Source: an uncultured Clostridia bacterium
Lineage (GTDB): Bacteria > Bacillota > Clostridia > Lachnospirales > Cellulosilyticaceae
NCBI GenBank assembly: GCA_937921505.1
Contig: CAKZUB010000010.1
Location: 25,633 to 89,632, forward strand
DNA: 64,000 nt
Direction: 5' to 3'
The translations under genes were made by a program, and so were the position numbers. Below the pieces are notes generated by a model. That model saw only the letters and a program-made list of their open reading frames with translations. It did not search any database and was not told the DNA's origin. Shown one piece after another: positions 1 to 9,129 of this stretch (within the stretch, counting starts at the first letter, position 1; every line of letters begins with the position of its first letter).

Positions 1-94
1 CCTCTGATGCTTTTGGGGGTGTTGTACACCCTGTAGCAAGAGCTGTCATAAGGATAATAGTAATAGTTAAAATAAAATGAGATTTTCTCATCAT
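1..94 (-). CDS. Lipoprotein, N-terminus only (runs off the left edge)
   Basis: Hand translation MMRKSHFILTITIILMTALATGCTTPPKASE; lipobox LATG-C; GGAGGT RBS at about 101-106 on the minus strand. Confidence 0.75.
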   Translation of the reverse strand, partial: MMRKSHFILTITIILMTALATGCTTPPKASE

Positions 95-206
95 GTATTT
101 ACCTCCAGATCATAAAAAGCATAGTGTACTTCTAGGAGATAGTGTATCATTTTCATACTCGGCTTACTAGCCCCCATTTTATGTATATGAAGTAAATAAT
201 TCGATA

Positions 207-235
207 TTGCAATCTATAAATAGCAATGATATAAT
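207..235 (+). promoter_or_regulatory. SigA-type promoter of the antiporter gene
   Basis: TTGCAA-17 bp-TATAAT with an extended TGn -10. Confidence 0.7.
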
Positions 236-256
236 CTAGAAAATGAAAGATTATTT

Positions 257-303
257 AAGCTGATGATTTCTGTGATACTTTTACCACAGAGCGTCAGCTT
301 TTT
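257..303 (+). terminator. Leader terminator/attenuator hairpin, resembling the 3' part of a fluoride riboswitch
   Basis: AAGCTGATG..TCTGTG / CACAGA..CGTCAGCTT followed by a T-run, between promoter and start codon. Confidence 0.5.
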
Positions 304-334
304 ATAATTGATAAAGAAAAGGGAGAAAATTACT

Positions 335-1510
335 ATGTTACTGAGTTTTGCACTTATTTTGATAATGGGACTTATATTAAGCGGACTATTTCAAAAGCTG
401 AAATTACCTGGGCTTTTAGGTATGTTGATTACAGGGATTATTTTGGGTCCTCATATGCTTAATTTCATTCATCCTCAAATACTAGATATTTCATCAGATC
501 TTCGTACAATTGCACTTATTGTCATACTCACAAGAGCTGGTTTGGCATTAGATATTGAAGATTTAAAAAAAGTAGGGCGGCCAGCAATCATGATGTGTTT
601 TATACCAGCTACAGTTGAGATTGCAGCTATTACTGTTCTAGCCCCTGTGTTTTTACAGATATCCTACTTAGAAGCAGCTATTATGGGAACAGTCCTAGCC
701 GCTGTATCACCCGCTGTAATCGTTCCTAGGATGCTGAAACTAATGGAAAATGGTTATGGAAAAGCAAAGAGTATTCCGCAGCTTATTATGGCTGGTGCTT
801 CTGTTGATGATATCTATGTGATTATCTTATTTACTTCTTTTATGGGGATGTATGGAGGTCAAGGATTTAATTTGATGAGTCTCATGCATGTACCTATTGC
901 TATCCTAGTAGGCTTATTAGTAGGCGTTGGAGGTGGGCTATTACTGGTGATATTATTTAATAAAATACACATGAGAGATACGATGAAAATACTTATTATT
1001 TTAAGTACAGGTTTTATTTTTGTTTCAGCAGAACCTCTCATTAGACCCTATGTGCCGATGTCGGGGTTACTTGCTGTAATGGCTTTAGGGGGAACGCTTT
1101 TAAAGCAATATGAAGTGCTAGCTAAGCGCCTATCAAGAAAATTTTCAAAGATATGGGTAGGTGCCGAAATGCTGCTATTTGTACTTGTAGGCGCAGCAGT
1201 TGATATTAGAACTATTGGAAGTGTGGGGCTGATGGCGGTGGGACTTATATTGTGTGCACTTGTTTTAAGAATAGGCGGCGTATTTATATGTGTAGTCAAA
1301 ACAAAGTTATCTGTGAAAGAAAAGCTTTTTTGTGCAATTGCCTATTTACCGAAAGCTACAGTACAAGCAGCTATTGGTGGGGTTCCCCTTTTGGCTGGGG
1401 TTAAAGCGGGCGGTATTATTCTAGCAGTTGCAGTACTTGCCATTGTGATTACAGCCCCTTTAGGAGCTATTGGTATAGATAAGACTTTTGATAAGTTTCT
1501 CTCTAGGTAA
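335..1510 (+). CDS. Cation:proton antiporter (CPA1/NhaP-like)
   Basis: Highly hydrophobic; AAVSPAVIVP, GASVDD and YLPKATVQAAIG motifs; ATG 335 follows a GGGAG RBS. Confidence 0.85.
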   Translation: MLLSFALILIMGLILSGLFQKLKLPGLLGMLITGIILGPHMLNFIHPQILDISSDLRTIALIVILTRAGLALDIEDLKKVGRPAIMMCFIPATVEIAAITVLAPVFLQISYLEAAIMGTVLAAVSPAVIVPRMLKLMENGYGKAKSIPQLIMAGASVDDIYVIILFTSFMGMYGGQGFNLMSLMHVPIAILVGLLVGVGGGLLLVILFNKIHMRDTMKILIILSTGFIFVSAEPLIRPYVPMSGLLAVMALGGTLLKQYEVLAKRLSRKFSKIWVGAEMLLFVLVGAAVDIRTIGSVGLMAVGLILCALVLRIGGVFICVVKTKLSVKEKLFCAIAYLPKATVQAAIGGVPLLAGVKAGGIILAVAVLAIVITAPLGAIGIDKTFDKFLSR

Positions 1511-1600
1511 AGCTATACTTGAACCAAATTGTTTTATCACTTATAATGAAGATGCATGCTATAAGGTTAGATGACAGATTGATAAAGAAAGGTATTAACT

Positions 1601-2641
1601 ATGACACTACAACTTATTAAAAAAGCAGAAGAAAAGCATAGTTTAACAAAAGAAGAATTAGTACTTCTCCTTCAAGATAATAGCATTAATGAAGAACTTT
1701 TTAGCGCAGCAGACAGAGTTAGAAAAAAGTATATGGGCGATGAAGTTCATTTAAGAGGTATTATAGAATTTTCCAATAAATGCAAACAAGATTGTTTATA
1801 CTGTGGGCTGAGAGCGTCTAATAAGAATATAGAAAGATATAGACTTATGCCAGATGAGATTATAGATTTAGCCAAAAAAGCAGTAGGCTATGGCTATAAG
1901 ACTGTTGTGATGCAGTCAGGAGAAGATGCATACTATACAGTGGAGAGACTTCAATATATCATCTCTACGCTTAAAGAATTTGGGATAGCGGTTACGTTAT
2001 CTTTAGGTGAGAAAACCTTTGAAGAATATAAGGCTTACAAAGAAGCTGGAGCAGATAGATACCTTCTTAGAATTGAAACAACGGATAAAGAACTCTACGA
2101 ACAACTAGATCCTGGAATGTTTCATGAAGACAGAAAAAGATGCCTAAGAGACCTTAAGACACTGGGTTATGAAGTAGGAACAGGAAGTCTAGTGGGGCTA
2201 CCTGGTCAAACGATAGAATCTTTGGCGGATGATATTTTGTTTTTTAAAGAAATAGATGCAGATATGATAGGTTTAGGACCTTTTATTCCAAATGACGATA
2301 CACCTTTAAAAGGGGCAGCGTCAGGAGATTTTACAATGAGCCTCAAGGTAATGGCTTTAGTAAGGCTATTACTGCCAGATGTAAATATACCAGCTACTAC
2401 AGCTATGGAAACTTTGAATAAACAAGGTAGAATCATTGCACTGCAAAGTGGTGCGAATATCGTGATGCCTAATGTAACAGAAGGGGACTATAGAAAGATG
2501 TATGCACTTTATCCAGGTAAAATCTGCGTTAATGATACGCCAGGTCACTGCGTTCAGTGCATCACAGGAAAAATAAAATCTATAGGAAGAACTGTTTCAA
2601 AATCTAAGGGATCAAGAACTAAAAAGAACACTAGTGAGTAA
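1601..2641 (+). CDS. hydE: [FeFe]-hydrogenase H-cluster radical SAM maturase HydE
   Basis: CxxxCxxC (CKQDCLYC), YLLRIET, NIPATTA, GANIVMPN and YALYPGKIC motifs. Confidence 0.9.
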   Translation: MTLQLIKKAEEKHSLTKEELVLLLQDNSINEELFSAADRVRKKYMGDEVHLRGIIEFSNKCKQDCLYCGLRASNKNIERYRLMPDEIIDLAKKAVGYGYKTVVMQSGEDAYYTVERLQYIISTLKEFGIAVTLSLGEKTFEEYKAYKEAGADRYLLRIETTDKELYEQLDPGMFHEDRKRCLRDLKTLGYEVGTGSLVGLPGQTIESLADDILFFKEIDADMIGLGPFIPNDDTPLKGAASGDFTMSLKVMALVRLLLPDVNIPATTAMETLNKQGRIIALQSGANIVMPNVTEGDYRKMYALYPGKICVNDTPGHCVQCITGKIKSIGRTVSKSKGSRTKKNTSE

Positions 2642-2646
2642 AATTA

Positions 2647-2690
2647 AAATCTCCGTAAACTTGCATAGGCAGTTACGGAGATTTTGTTTT
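2647..2690 (+). terminator. Intrinsic terminator
   Basis: AAAATCTCCGTAA..TTACGGAGATTTT plus T-tract. Confidence 0.8.
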
Positions 2691-2781
2691 CTAAGTCAGT
2701 ATAAGATGGATAATTTTCAAATAGAATGTACAATAAGTAATAAGGATATAAAAATAATTTAAGAAAAGAGGAATACCGTCT

Positions 2782-3909
2782 ATGAGATATCGTGCATTTG
2801 GCAGTACTGGTAAAAATGTTTCTACTTTAGGCTTTGGGTGTATGAGACTGCCAGAGACCAAGATCAATGGCAAGTGGTATATTGATGAAGACAAAGCGTT
2901 GCCACTGCTTTTTAAAGCATACGAAGAAGGTGTCAATTATTTTGACTCAGCACCGTATTATTGTCATAAAAATAGTGAGTATGCGATGGGAAAAGCTTTA
3001 AAAGGTGTCAGGGATAAGGTCATGATGACTACAAAACTGCCACTAGATGTTATTAAAGAGTCCTCTGATTTTAGAAAAACACTAGAGAGCAGTTTAACTA
3101 AGATAGATACAGATTATATTGATTTTTATCATTTGTGGGGAATAGGCAAAGGGTCACTTGATATGATTAAAAATCATGATCTTTTAAATGAGGCAAGAAA
3201 AGCGAAAGAAGAGGGGCTTATAAAACATATGAGTTTTTCTTTTCATGATGTACCTGAGCATATGATTGATATTATAGACGCAGGAGAAGGTATACTGGAG
3301 ACTGTTTTATGTCAATATAATCTATTAGATAGAGCAAACGAAAAGTCTATTGCCTATGCAAAAGACAAGGGCTTTGGAATAGCTGCTATGGGACCGGTAG
3401 CTGGAGGGAGGCTAGCAGCACCTACAGAACTTTATAAAAAGCTTACAGGTAAAGAGTCTATAGCAACTTATGAGCTTGCTTTAAGGTTTGTTTTAGGCAA
3501 TGAAAATATAGCCCTTGCCCTTTCAGGGATGGAAAATATAGATATGTTAGAGAAGAATCTTGCTATTGCAAATGCCGAGATTTATATGGACATAGAAGAA
3601 TGGGATAAGGTTGGCGTTGCTATGGAAGAAATTAAGAAGTTTTCAGAGCTTTACTGCACAGGGTGTAACTACTGCCAGCCTTGCCCCAAAAACATCATTA
3701 TTCCGAAGTTATTTAATATGTATACGTATCATAATGTTTATGGGCTTACAGCTATTGCAAAGAATGAATTCGAAAACTATAAGAAAAATGCTAAGGATGG
3801 CGCCATGCCAGAAGCTTGCAGCGATTGTGGTTTATGTGAAAATAAATGTCCGCAGCACCTTGATATTAGAAATGAAATGAAGAGGGTAGTTAAGATATTA
3901 GAGAAATAG
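2782..3909 (+). CDS. Aldo/keto reductase with C-terminal 4Fe-4S dicluster domain
   Basis: LGFGCMRLP, YFDSAPYY, DYIDFYHLW; CTGCNYCQPCP and CSDCGLCENKCP. Confidence 0.9.
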   Translation: MRYRAFGSTGKNVSTLGFGCMRLPETKINGKWYIDEDKALPLLFKAYEEGVNYFDSAPYYCHKNSEYAMGKALKGVRDKVMMTTKLPLDVIKESSDFRKTLESSLTKIDTDYIDFYHLWGIGKGSLDMIKNHDLLNEARKAKEEGLIKHMSFSFHDVPEHMIDIIDAGEGILETVLCQYNLLDRANEKSIAYAKDKGFGIAAMGPVAGGRLAAPTELYKKLTGKESIATYELALRFVLGNENIALALSGMENIDMLEKNLAIANAEIYMDIEEWDKVGVAMEEIKKFSELYCTGCNYCQPCPKNIIIPKLFNMYTYHNVYGLTAIAKNEFENYKKNAKDGAMPEACSDCGLCENKCPQHLDIRNEMKRVVKILEK

Positions 3910-3973
3910 GGGACGGTTCTCCAAATTGGGGGTTAAAGGTAAGTCATTTAGAGAAGGTATTGGTGCACATTAA

Positions 3974-4042
3974 AAGAAGACTTCCCATCCAATGAATTCA
4001 GCCTTATAGGCTATACATATTCATTGGGTGGGAAGTCTTCTT
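3974..4042. terminator. Long inverted repeat (about 24-bp arms) between convergent genes
   Basis: AAGAAGACTTCCCATCCAATGAAT / ATTCATTGGGTGGGAAGTCTTCTT with an inner AGCCT-TAT-AGGCT stem. Confidence 0.7.
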
Positions 4043-4091
4043 GCTTGAAGTATAGAAGAAGTTGTTAACTATGTTTGATCATTGTATTCAC

Positions 4092-4724
4092 TTAGGTTAA
4101 TTCTTTGATGAAAAGGGTATTATTTTTATCAGAAGTTTCCTTAAAGCCCATTTTTTTAAGATACTTAATATGCTTTTCATTGGGTGAGAGGCATATGAGT
4201 TTAGAATAACCAGCATCCAAAAAGTAATCTTTTCTTGTTTCATAAATGTAGGTGCCAATTTTAAAATCTCTATATTCAGGGGTTACAAAGTCAAGATCAA
4301 TTTTAAGTGTATCTTCATTATAACGTGAACCTGTAAAAATGCCAGCAGGTACAGTATTTCTTAAAATATAAAAGCTTATATCTGAATTTTCAAGATTGAA
4401 GTCAGAGATATTCATATATTTTTGTATACCCTCTTTGTAGAATTCTAAGAAATAGTTAAAGTATTTAGAACTGGTTTGTAAAGGTAGAAGCTTAAAGTAT
4501 TCTTTGGAGCCATAAATTTTAACAAGATAGTAAATATTAATAACAGTAATACCAATATTCATAAATGCTACAGGTAAAGCGCCTATTAAAAAGCCGTAAA
4601 GCGCAAAGACTGTAGAACCGATCAGATTAATCCATCTTAGTTTTATAATGGAACTCATAAGCAGTGAGATAAGCACAATAAGAGAAGCTAGATAACCTAA
4701 CCATTCAAGCCATACAGTATTCAT
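4092..4724 (-). CDS. YgjV-like membrane protein with C-terminal GNAT-like domain
   Basis: N-terminal TM segments (GYLASLIVLISLLMSSIIKLRWINLIG); C-terminal DLDFVTPEYRDFKIG...YLKKMGF; AAAGGGGT RBS. Confidence 0.65.
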   Translation of the reverse strand: MNTVWLEWLGYLASLIVLISLLMSSIIKLRWINLIGSTVFALYGFLIGALPVAFMNIGITVINIYYLVKIYGSKEYFKLLPLQTSSKYFNYFLEFYKEGIQKYMNISDFNLENSDISFYILRNTVPAGIFTGSRYNEDTLKIDLDFVTPEYRDFKIGTYIYETRKDYFLDAGYSKLICLSPNEKHIKYLKKMGFKETSDKNNTLFIKELT

Positions 4725-4956
4725 TTTAAGTACCCCTTTCAAGATTGTTATGGTTTATTATACCATATTATTTAAATGAATATGAACATTATTATGTTTT
4801 GTTAAAGAGCCCTTAATTGTAGATGTAATCTTGGAAATGAAAATATTTAGATTATTTGTTGAATATAGAGTTTGTTTATGATAAACTAATGAGCGGAATA
4901 AAACATTCCTTGAGTTATTAACCAAGAAACAGATGAAGATATAGGGAGGATAAAAT

Positions 4957-6051
4957 ATGTTATTGGAACTTAAGAAAAAGGCAATTAAAGTAGCGGCTAT
5001 TAGGGCACTTATTTGTATAGGCATAGTGATTGGAGTACTCCTATATACAAGTTTTGGGATTTTAAACAAAATGCAAGGACCTGTAGATTTAGAATCTATT
5101 AACATTCATGATTATAAAAATCAACATGTAAAGACCGAGATGAACTTATCTTTAGGTGTTTTTATGGAAGAGTTCTCTAAGAATACTAAAACAAATAAAG
5201 AGACAGTAACCTCAAATTACTACATAATACCTGTTAACAATGAGGTGTTAATAGGCATTTCTATTCCTAAAGATGAAATTGAGACTGCAGATATGATTGT
5301 AGAAGAGACCTATGATTTTTTTGATGGACATATTAATGCTATTTCAACCTCATTAGAAATAAAAGGAATGTTAGCTCCTATGAAAGACGAGGAGTGGAAA
5401 TATTTTGTTCGAACTTTAGAAAACATGGGGTATAGAACAGAAGAAATTAATGAGATTGCAGTGCCTTATGTATTAAAACAGGGGTATTTAGGAACTACAC
5501 GCGAAAATATAACAGTAGCTCTTACAATTATTTCATTACTGGCGATACTTTTTGCTATTTATAGTTTGATAATGGCCTTTTCAGGTGCTTATCAGAAGGG
5601 CCTCATGAAATATATAGATAAAAATGAAAGTGTAGCCAAGGAACAAGTAGAGGTAGATTTTAGGGAAGCAGAATATATAGATAAACGTGTGTGGGTTGGA
5701 CAAAGATGGACCATATACTTAGCTGGAGCAACGGCAAAGATTATTGAAAATCAAGAGATTGTTTGGGCATATTACAAGGAAGAGACACGTGTTAAAAATG
5801 GAGCAACCACAGTATTTAGAAATATTATCTTATACAATAAAGAGAAAGATATGTCTGATATAAAAGTATTATCAGAGCAATCAGGACATAAAATATTAGA
5901 GGTATATAAAACAAACCAAAAGCATATTGTGTGTGGATATAACAAAGAGCTAGAGCAGTGTTTTAGAAAAGATTATGACAAGTTTTTGACATTAGCATCT
6001 GAAAATGATAATGACACAGAAGCGGATAGAATAGATGAAATGTATAGTTAG
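4957..6051 (+). CDS. Membrane protein (DUF6709-like)
   Basis: 364-aa ORF with GGAGG RBS and two TM segments around a soluble domain; family call from recall. Confidence 0.6.
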   Translation: MLLELKKKAIKVAAIRALICIGIVIGVLLYTSFGILNKMQGPVDLESINIHDYKNQHVKTEMNLSLGVFMEEFSKNTKTNKETVTSNYYIIPVNNEVLIGISIPKDEIETADMIVEETYDFFDGHINAISTSLEIKGMLAPMKDEEWKYFVRTLENMGYRTEEINEIAVPYVLKQGYLGTTRENITVALTIISLLAILFAIYSLIMAFSGAYQKGLMKYIDKNESVAKEQVEVDFREAEYIDKRVWVGQRWTIYLAGATAKIIENQEIVWAYYKEETRVKNGATTVFRNIILYNKEKDMSDIKVLSEQSGHKILEVYKTNQKHIVCGYNKELEQCFRKDYDKFLTLASENDNDTEADRIDEMYS

Positions 6052-6727
6052 TAAGAAAATAAAGAGCCACATGAAAAAGATATCCTTAAAGATATTGGGC
6101 TTATACTTTATACCAATGATGTTAATCTCATTTGTTACAACAGGGTGCTTAAATGACAGCACACAGGTAACTTATGAGGATGAGATAGATATTGTCATAG
6201 ATTTTAAAGATGGTCAATTGGTTGTGGGAAAGACGATACTAAAGGAGTTACAAGATGCGGGCTATACGCTAGCACTCGATAATAAGTTACAAGAAGGTAT
6301 TGATGGCTATATAATGCCCTCGCAAAGTTATAAAGTGGGTGGATTTATGGGCAAAGAAGATAAACTCTACTGCACCTATGAGTTTTTGAATGAACTTAGA
6401 AATCAAACAGTAGATTATTATGATTGTTTAGTGAGTAAAGTAACTATACCTTATGTTTCTCAACCTTATCAGTTTGAATGTGATAATGCACAGACACTTA
6501 TTAATGGCATAAATTATAGGGGGATGACAGTTGAGGAAGTAGACAATGAACTAAAAGAAAAATCAACTGAAATCAGCTCATTTACCTATCCAGATGGAAC
6601 GCTAGCAATTAAAGATTATATATTGGGTAAAAATAGGATTTCAGTGAGATTTGATTATGAGCATCACTTAGTATATGAAGTTGAAATAGGGGTTTCTCAT
6701 AGTTATTACGATATGATCATGGATTAA
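6035..6727 (+). CDS. Hypothetical lipoprotein
   Basis: Hydrophobic signal followed by VTTG-C; overlaps the upstream gene end; true start may be a few codons downstream. Confidence 0.65.
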   Translation: MKCIVSKKIKSHMKKISLKILGLYFIPMMLISFVTTGCLNDSTQVTYEDEIDIVIDFKDGQLVVGKTILKELQDAGYTLALDNKLQEGIDGYIMPSQSYKVGGFMGKEDKLYCTYEFLNELRNQTVDYYDCLVSKVTIPYVSQPYQFECDNAQTLINGINYRGMTVEEVDNELKEKSTEISSFTYPDGTLAIKDYILGKNRISVRFDYEHHLVYEVEIGVSHSYYDMIMD

Positions 6728-6728
6728 C

Positions 6729-6780
6729 AATAAGAATCTAGAGATTCTCAGCAAGGGTGTCTAGATTCTTATTTATTATT
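6729..6780. terminator. Bidirectional terminator
   Basis: AATAAGAATCTAGA / TCTAGATTCTTATT between convergent ORFs. Confidence 0.75.
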
Positions 6781-6786
6781 TCTTAT

Positions 6787-6948
6787 TTATTTTTTTGTAA
6801 TAATGCCATTTCCTTCGAGATGGTGCTTGGCATTATGCGTACTGTCATGTGTATTAGATGGGTAGATACCAGACTCAGGGTTTGGCTTTTTTGAATCTTT
6901 TTCTAACATTTCTTTGGTATAAGTAGACATACCATTTCCTTTAGACAT
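6787..6948 (-). CDS. Small 53-aa hydrophilic protein, probably forespore-expressed (absent from the ORF track)
   Basis: MSKGNGMSTYTKEMLEKDSKKPNPESGIYPSNTHDSTHNAKHHLEGNGIITKK; strong AAGGAGGTG RBS; SigG-like promoter. Confidence 0.75.
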   Translation of the reverse strand: MSKGNGMSTYTKEMLEKDSKKPNPESGIYPSNTHDSTHNAKHHLEGNGIITKK

Positions 6949-6950
6949 AT

Positions 6951-7001
6951 AAAATCACCTCCTTATCACTTTAGTGTGCTAAGGAGGTGATTTTCATATA
7001 C
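6951..7001 (-). promoter_or_regulatory. SigG/SigF-like promoter with a 15-bp inverted repeat covering the RBS (may also terminate zupT)
   Basis: Minus strand GTATA-18 bp-CACACTA; IR AAAATCACCTCCTTA / TAAGGAGGTGATTTT. Confidence 0.65.
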
Positions 7002-7010
7002 TGGGAATGG

Positions 7011-7826
7011 TTACAAAAAGAAAAGTAAACTCACTGCCATAATGATCATACCAGCTATAAGTCCGTAGATGGATAAGTGGTGCTCACCGTACTTTTCAGA
7101 GGCAGGGAGAAGCTCATCTAAAGAAATAAAGACCATAATACCAGCTACACATGCAAATAAAATACCAAATGTTGCCTCATTAAAAAATCGCATTAAGAAG
7201 AAGTAACCTACAAGAGCACCTATAGGCTCAGAAAGCCCTGATAAAAAAGAATAATAAAAAGCTTTTTTACGGCTTCCTGTTGCGTAGTAAATAGGAATAG
7301 ATACCGCAATTCCTTCAGGAATATTATGAATAGCAATGGCGATGGCTATAGGGAGCCCAATATTAATATCTTTTATGGCCGCCATAAATGTTGCGAGTCC
7401 TTCGGGGAAGTTATGTATTGCGATTGCAATGGCAGACATCATTCCCATTCTCAGCAGCCTTTTGTTTTTAGAAGCATCAGACTGAGAAAGCTCTTCAACG
7501 CTATGAGCTTCATGAGGATTTTGAAAACTAGGGACAAGTTTATCAATAAGTGCAATTAAAAACATACCTCCGAAAAACCCCAGTACAGTCATCCAGGTGC
7601 CACTTTTGTGACCAAATTCAGCTGTTAAAGATTGAAGAGCCTTTGCAAATATTTCTACAAATGAGACATAGATCATAACCCCTGCTGAAAAACCCAGAGC
7701 TATAGATAGAAATTTTGTATTGGTCCTTTTTGCAAAAAAGGCTAAACAACTTCCGATACCAGTTGCAAGCCCTGCAAATAACGTTAATCCAAAAGCTATT
7801 AAAATAGTACTTGTATCTGCAGTCAT
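7011..7826 (-). CDS. zupT: ZIP-family zinc transporter ZupT
   Basis: HNFPEG and HNIPEG motifs, [17 protein letters not shown]. Confidence 0.92.
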   Translation of the reverse strand: MTADTSTILIAFGLTLFAGLATGIGSCLAFFAKRTNTKFLSIALGFSAGVMIYVSFVEIFAKALQSLTAEFGHKSGTWMTVLGFFGGMFLIALIDKLVPSFQNPHEAHSVEELSQSDASKNKRLLRMGMMSAIAIAIHNFPEGLATFMAAIKDINIGLPIAIAIAIHNIPEGIAVSIPIYYATGSRKKAFYYSFLSGLSEPIGALVGYFFLMRFFNEATFGILFACVAGIMVFISLDELLPASEKYGEHHLSIYGLIAGMIIMAVSLLFFL

Positions 7827-7888
7827 AGTACGCCTCCTTTTTAACTCATTCTATTGCTTTTATTTATATTATAGCATATGAGGTTCAC

Positions 7889-9028
7889 TTAAAAAGATTC
7901 AAGTTTGCCTTTGAATAATTTTTTAGGAGCAATTTTAATGCTAAATTCTCGTTCATAGACTCTAATAGCAGCAAGTTCTTTGTGCGTAATAATACCTATA
8001 GAAGTACCAGAAAAATTGCCACGAGCAGTTCGGCCTGCGCGGTGGAGGTAGTCGTTTGAAGTATTTGGAAAGTCCAGATGAAAAATATGCGTGATTTCTG
8101 GAACGTCTAGGCCACGAGCAGATAAGTCTGACGATACGAGAAACTTTATTTTGCCGCTTCTAAAACGTGTAAGTGCAGTCTTTCTATCTTCTTTGGAGGT
8201 ATTGCCAGAGATACTAGCAGCAGCTAACTTATGATAGTTAAGTTTATCAGTAACTAACTGTATTTCATTACTTTGACTAACAAAAACAAGAGCCCTTTGG
8301 GGATTTACAGCAGCAATCAGCTTTTTAAGCGTTTCAAACTTATCTCTTTGATCAACAACAATATACATATGCTCAATATTAGGATTAAGAGCTGTCTTGG
8401 GGGCTGTTTTAAGCGTAACAGGATCTTTCATAAAAGGAACGATTATGTCTATTGTCTTTTTATTAATAGTTGCTGAAAAGATACAAAGCTGCTTTTCTTT
8501 GGGGATGCTGTGCAAGATAGCCTTAATAGTTGCTGCTTCATTACGCTCTAAAAGATGATCAGCTTCATCAATAATAACTGTTTTAATCGTTTGATGTGTG
8601 ATCTTCTTCTTTTTAATTAAGTCTAGTATGCGTCCAGGCGTTCCAACTAGGATATGTGGCTTTTCTTTTAATTTTTTAATTTGTCTTTCGATATTAACTT
8701 CTCCCATAATGGTTGTAGAAGTAATAGGAAGGGTAGAATTGGTGCTAAGTAAAGTAATTTGATTATTGATTTGCATAACAAGCTCATGTGTTGGCGCTAA
8801 AATGATAGCTTGCATTTCTTTTTTGCCAGAGTTTATTTTTTCAAATAAAGGAGCAAGAAAAGCAAGAGTTTTACCACTGCCTGTATGAGATTCAGCAATA
8901 ATATCTTTTCCAGTGAGTAAAGTTGGAATAGTAAGAGTCTGAATCTCTGTAGGAATAGTAATGTCTTGCTTTTCTAAGCCACTTATTATATTTTGACTGA
9001 GTTTTAAATCCTCGAAATGGGTATTCAT
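7889..9028 (-). CDS. DEAD-box RNA helicase
   Basis: TGSGKT, APTHEL, GTPGR, DEAD, SAT, ARGLD, HRAGRTAR. Confidence 0.93.
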   Translation of the reverse strand: MNTHFEDLKLSQNIISGLEKQDITIPTEIQTLTIPTLLTGKDIIAESHTGSGKTLAFLAPLFEKINSGKKEMQAIILAPTHELVMQINNQITLLSTNSTLPITSTTIMGEVNIERQIKKLKEKPHILVGTPGRILDLIKKKKITHQTIKTVIIDEADHLLERNEAATIKAILHSIPKEKQLCIFSATINKKTIDIIVPFMKDPVTLKTAPKTALNPNIEHMYIVVDQRDKFETLKKLIAAVNPQRALVFVSQSNEIQLVTDKLNYHKLAAASISGNTSKEDRKTALTRFRSGKIKFLVSSDLSARGLDVPEITHIFHLDFPNTSNDYLHRAGRTARGNFSGTSIGIITHKELAAIRVYEREFSIKIAPKKLFKGKLESF

Positions 9029-9129
9029 TATATTCTCCTTAATCTTAAGTGATTTCATACAGCTTATTATACACTTATTTATAAAGTTTAAGCAAGGAAA
9101 GGAGATTTTGAGGATTTTTTGTTTGTGTT

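Noticed and set aside
1601-2641. Biotin synthase BioB or PylB
   Set aside because: The C-terminal YxLYPGKIC and GANxxMPN motifs fit HydE; no bio or pyl genes adjacent
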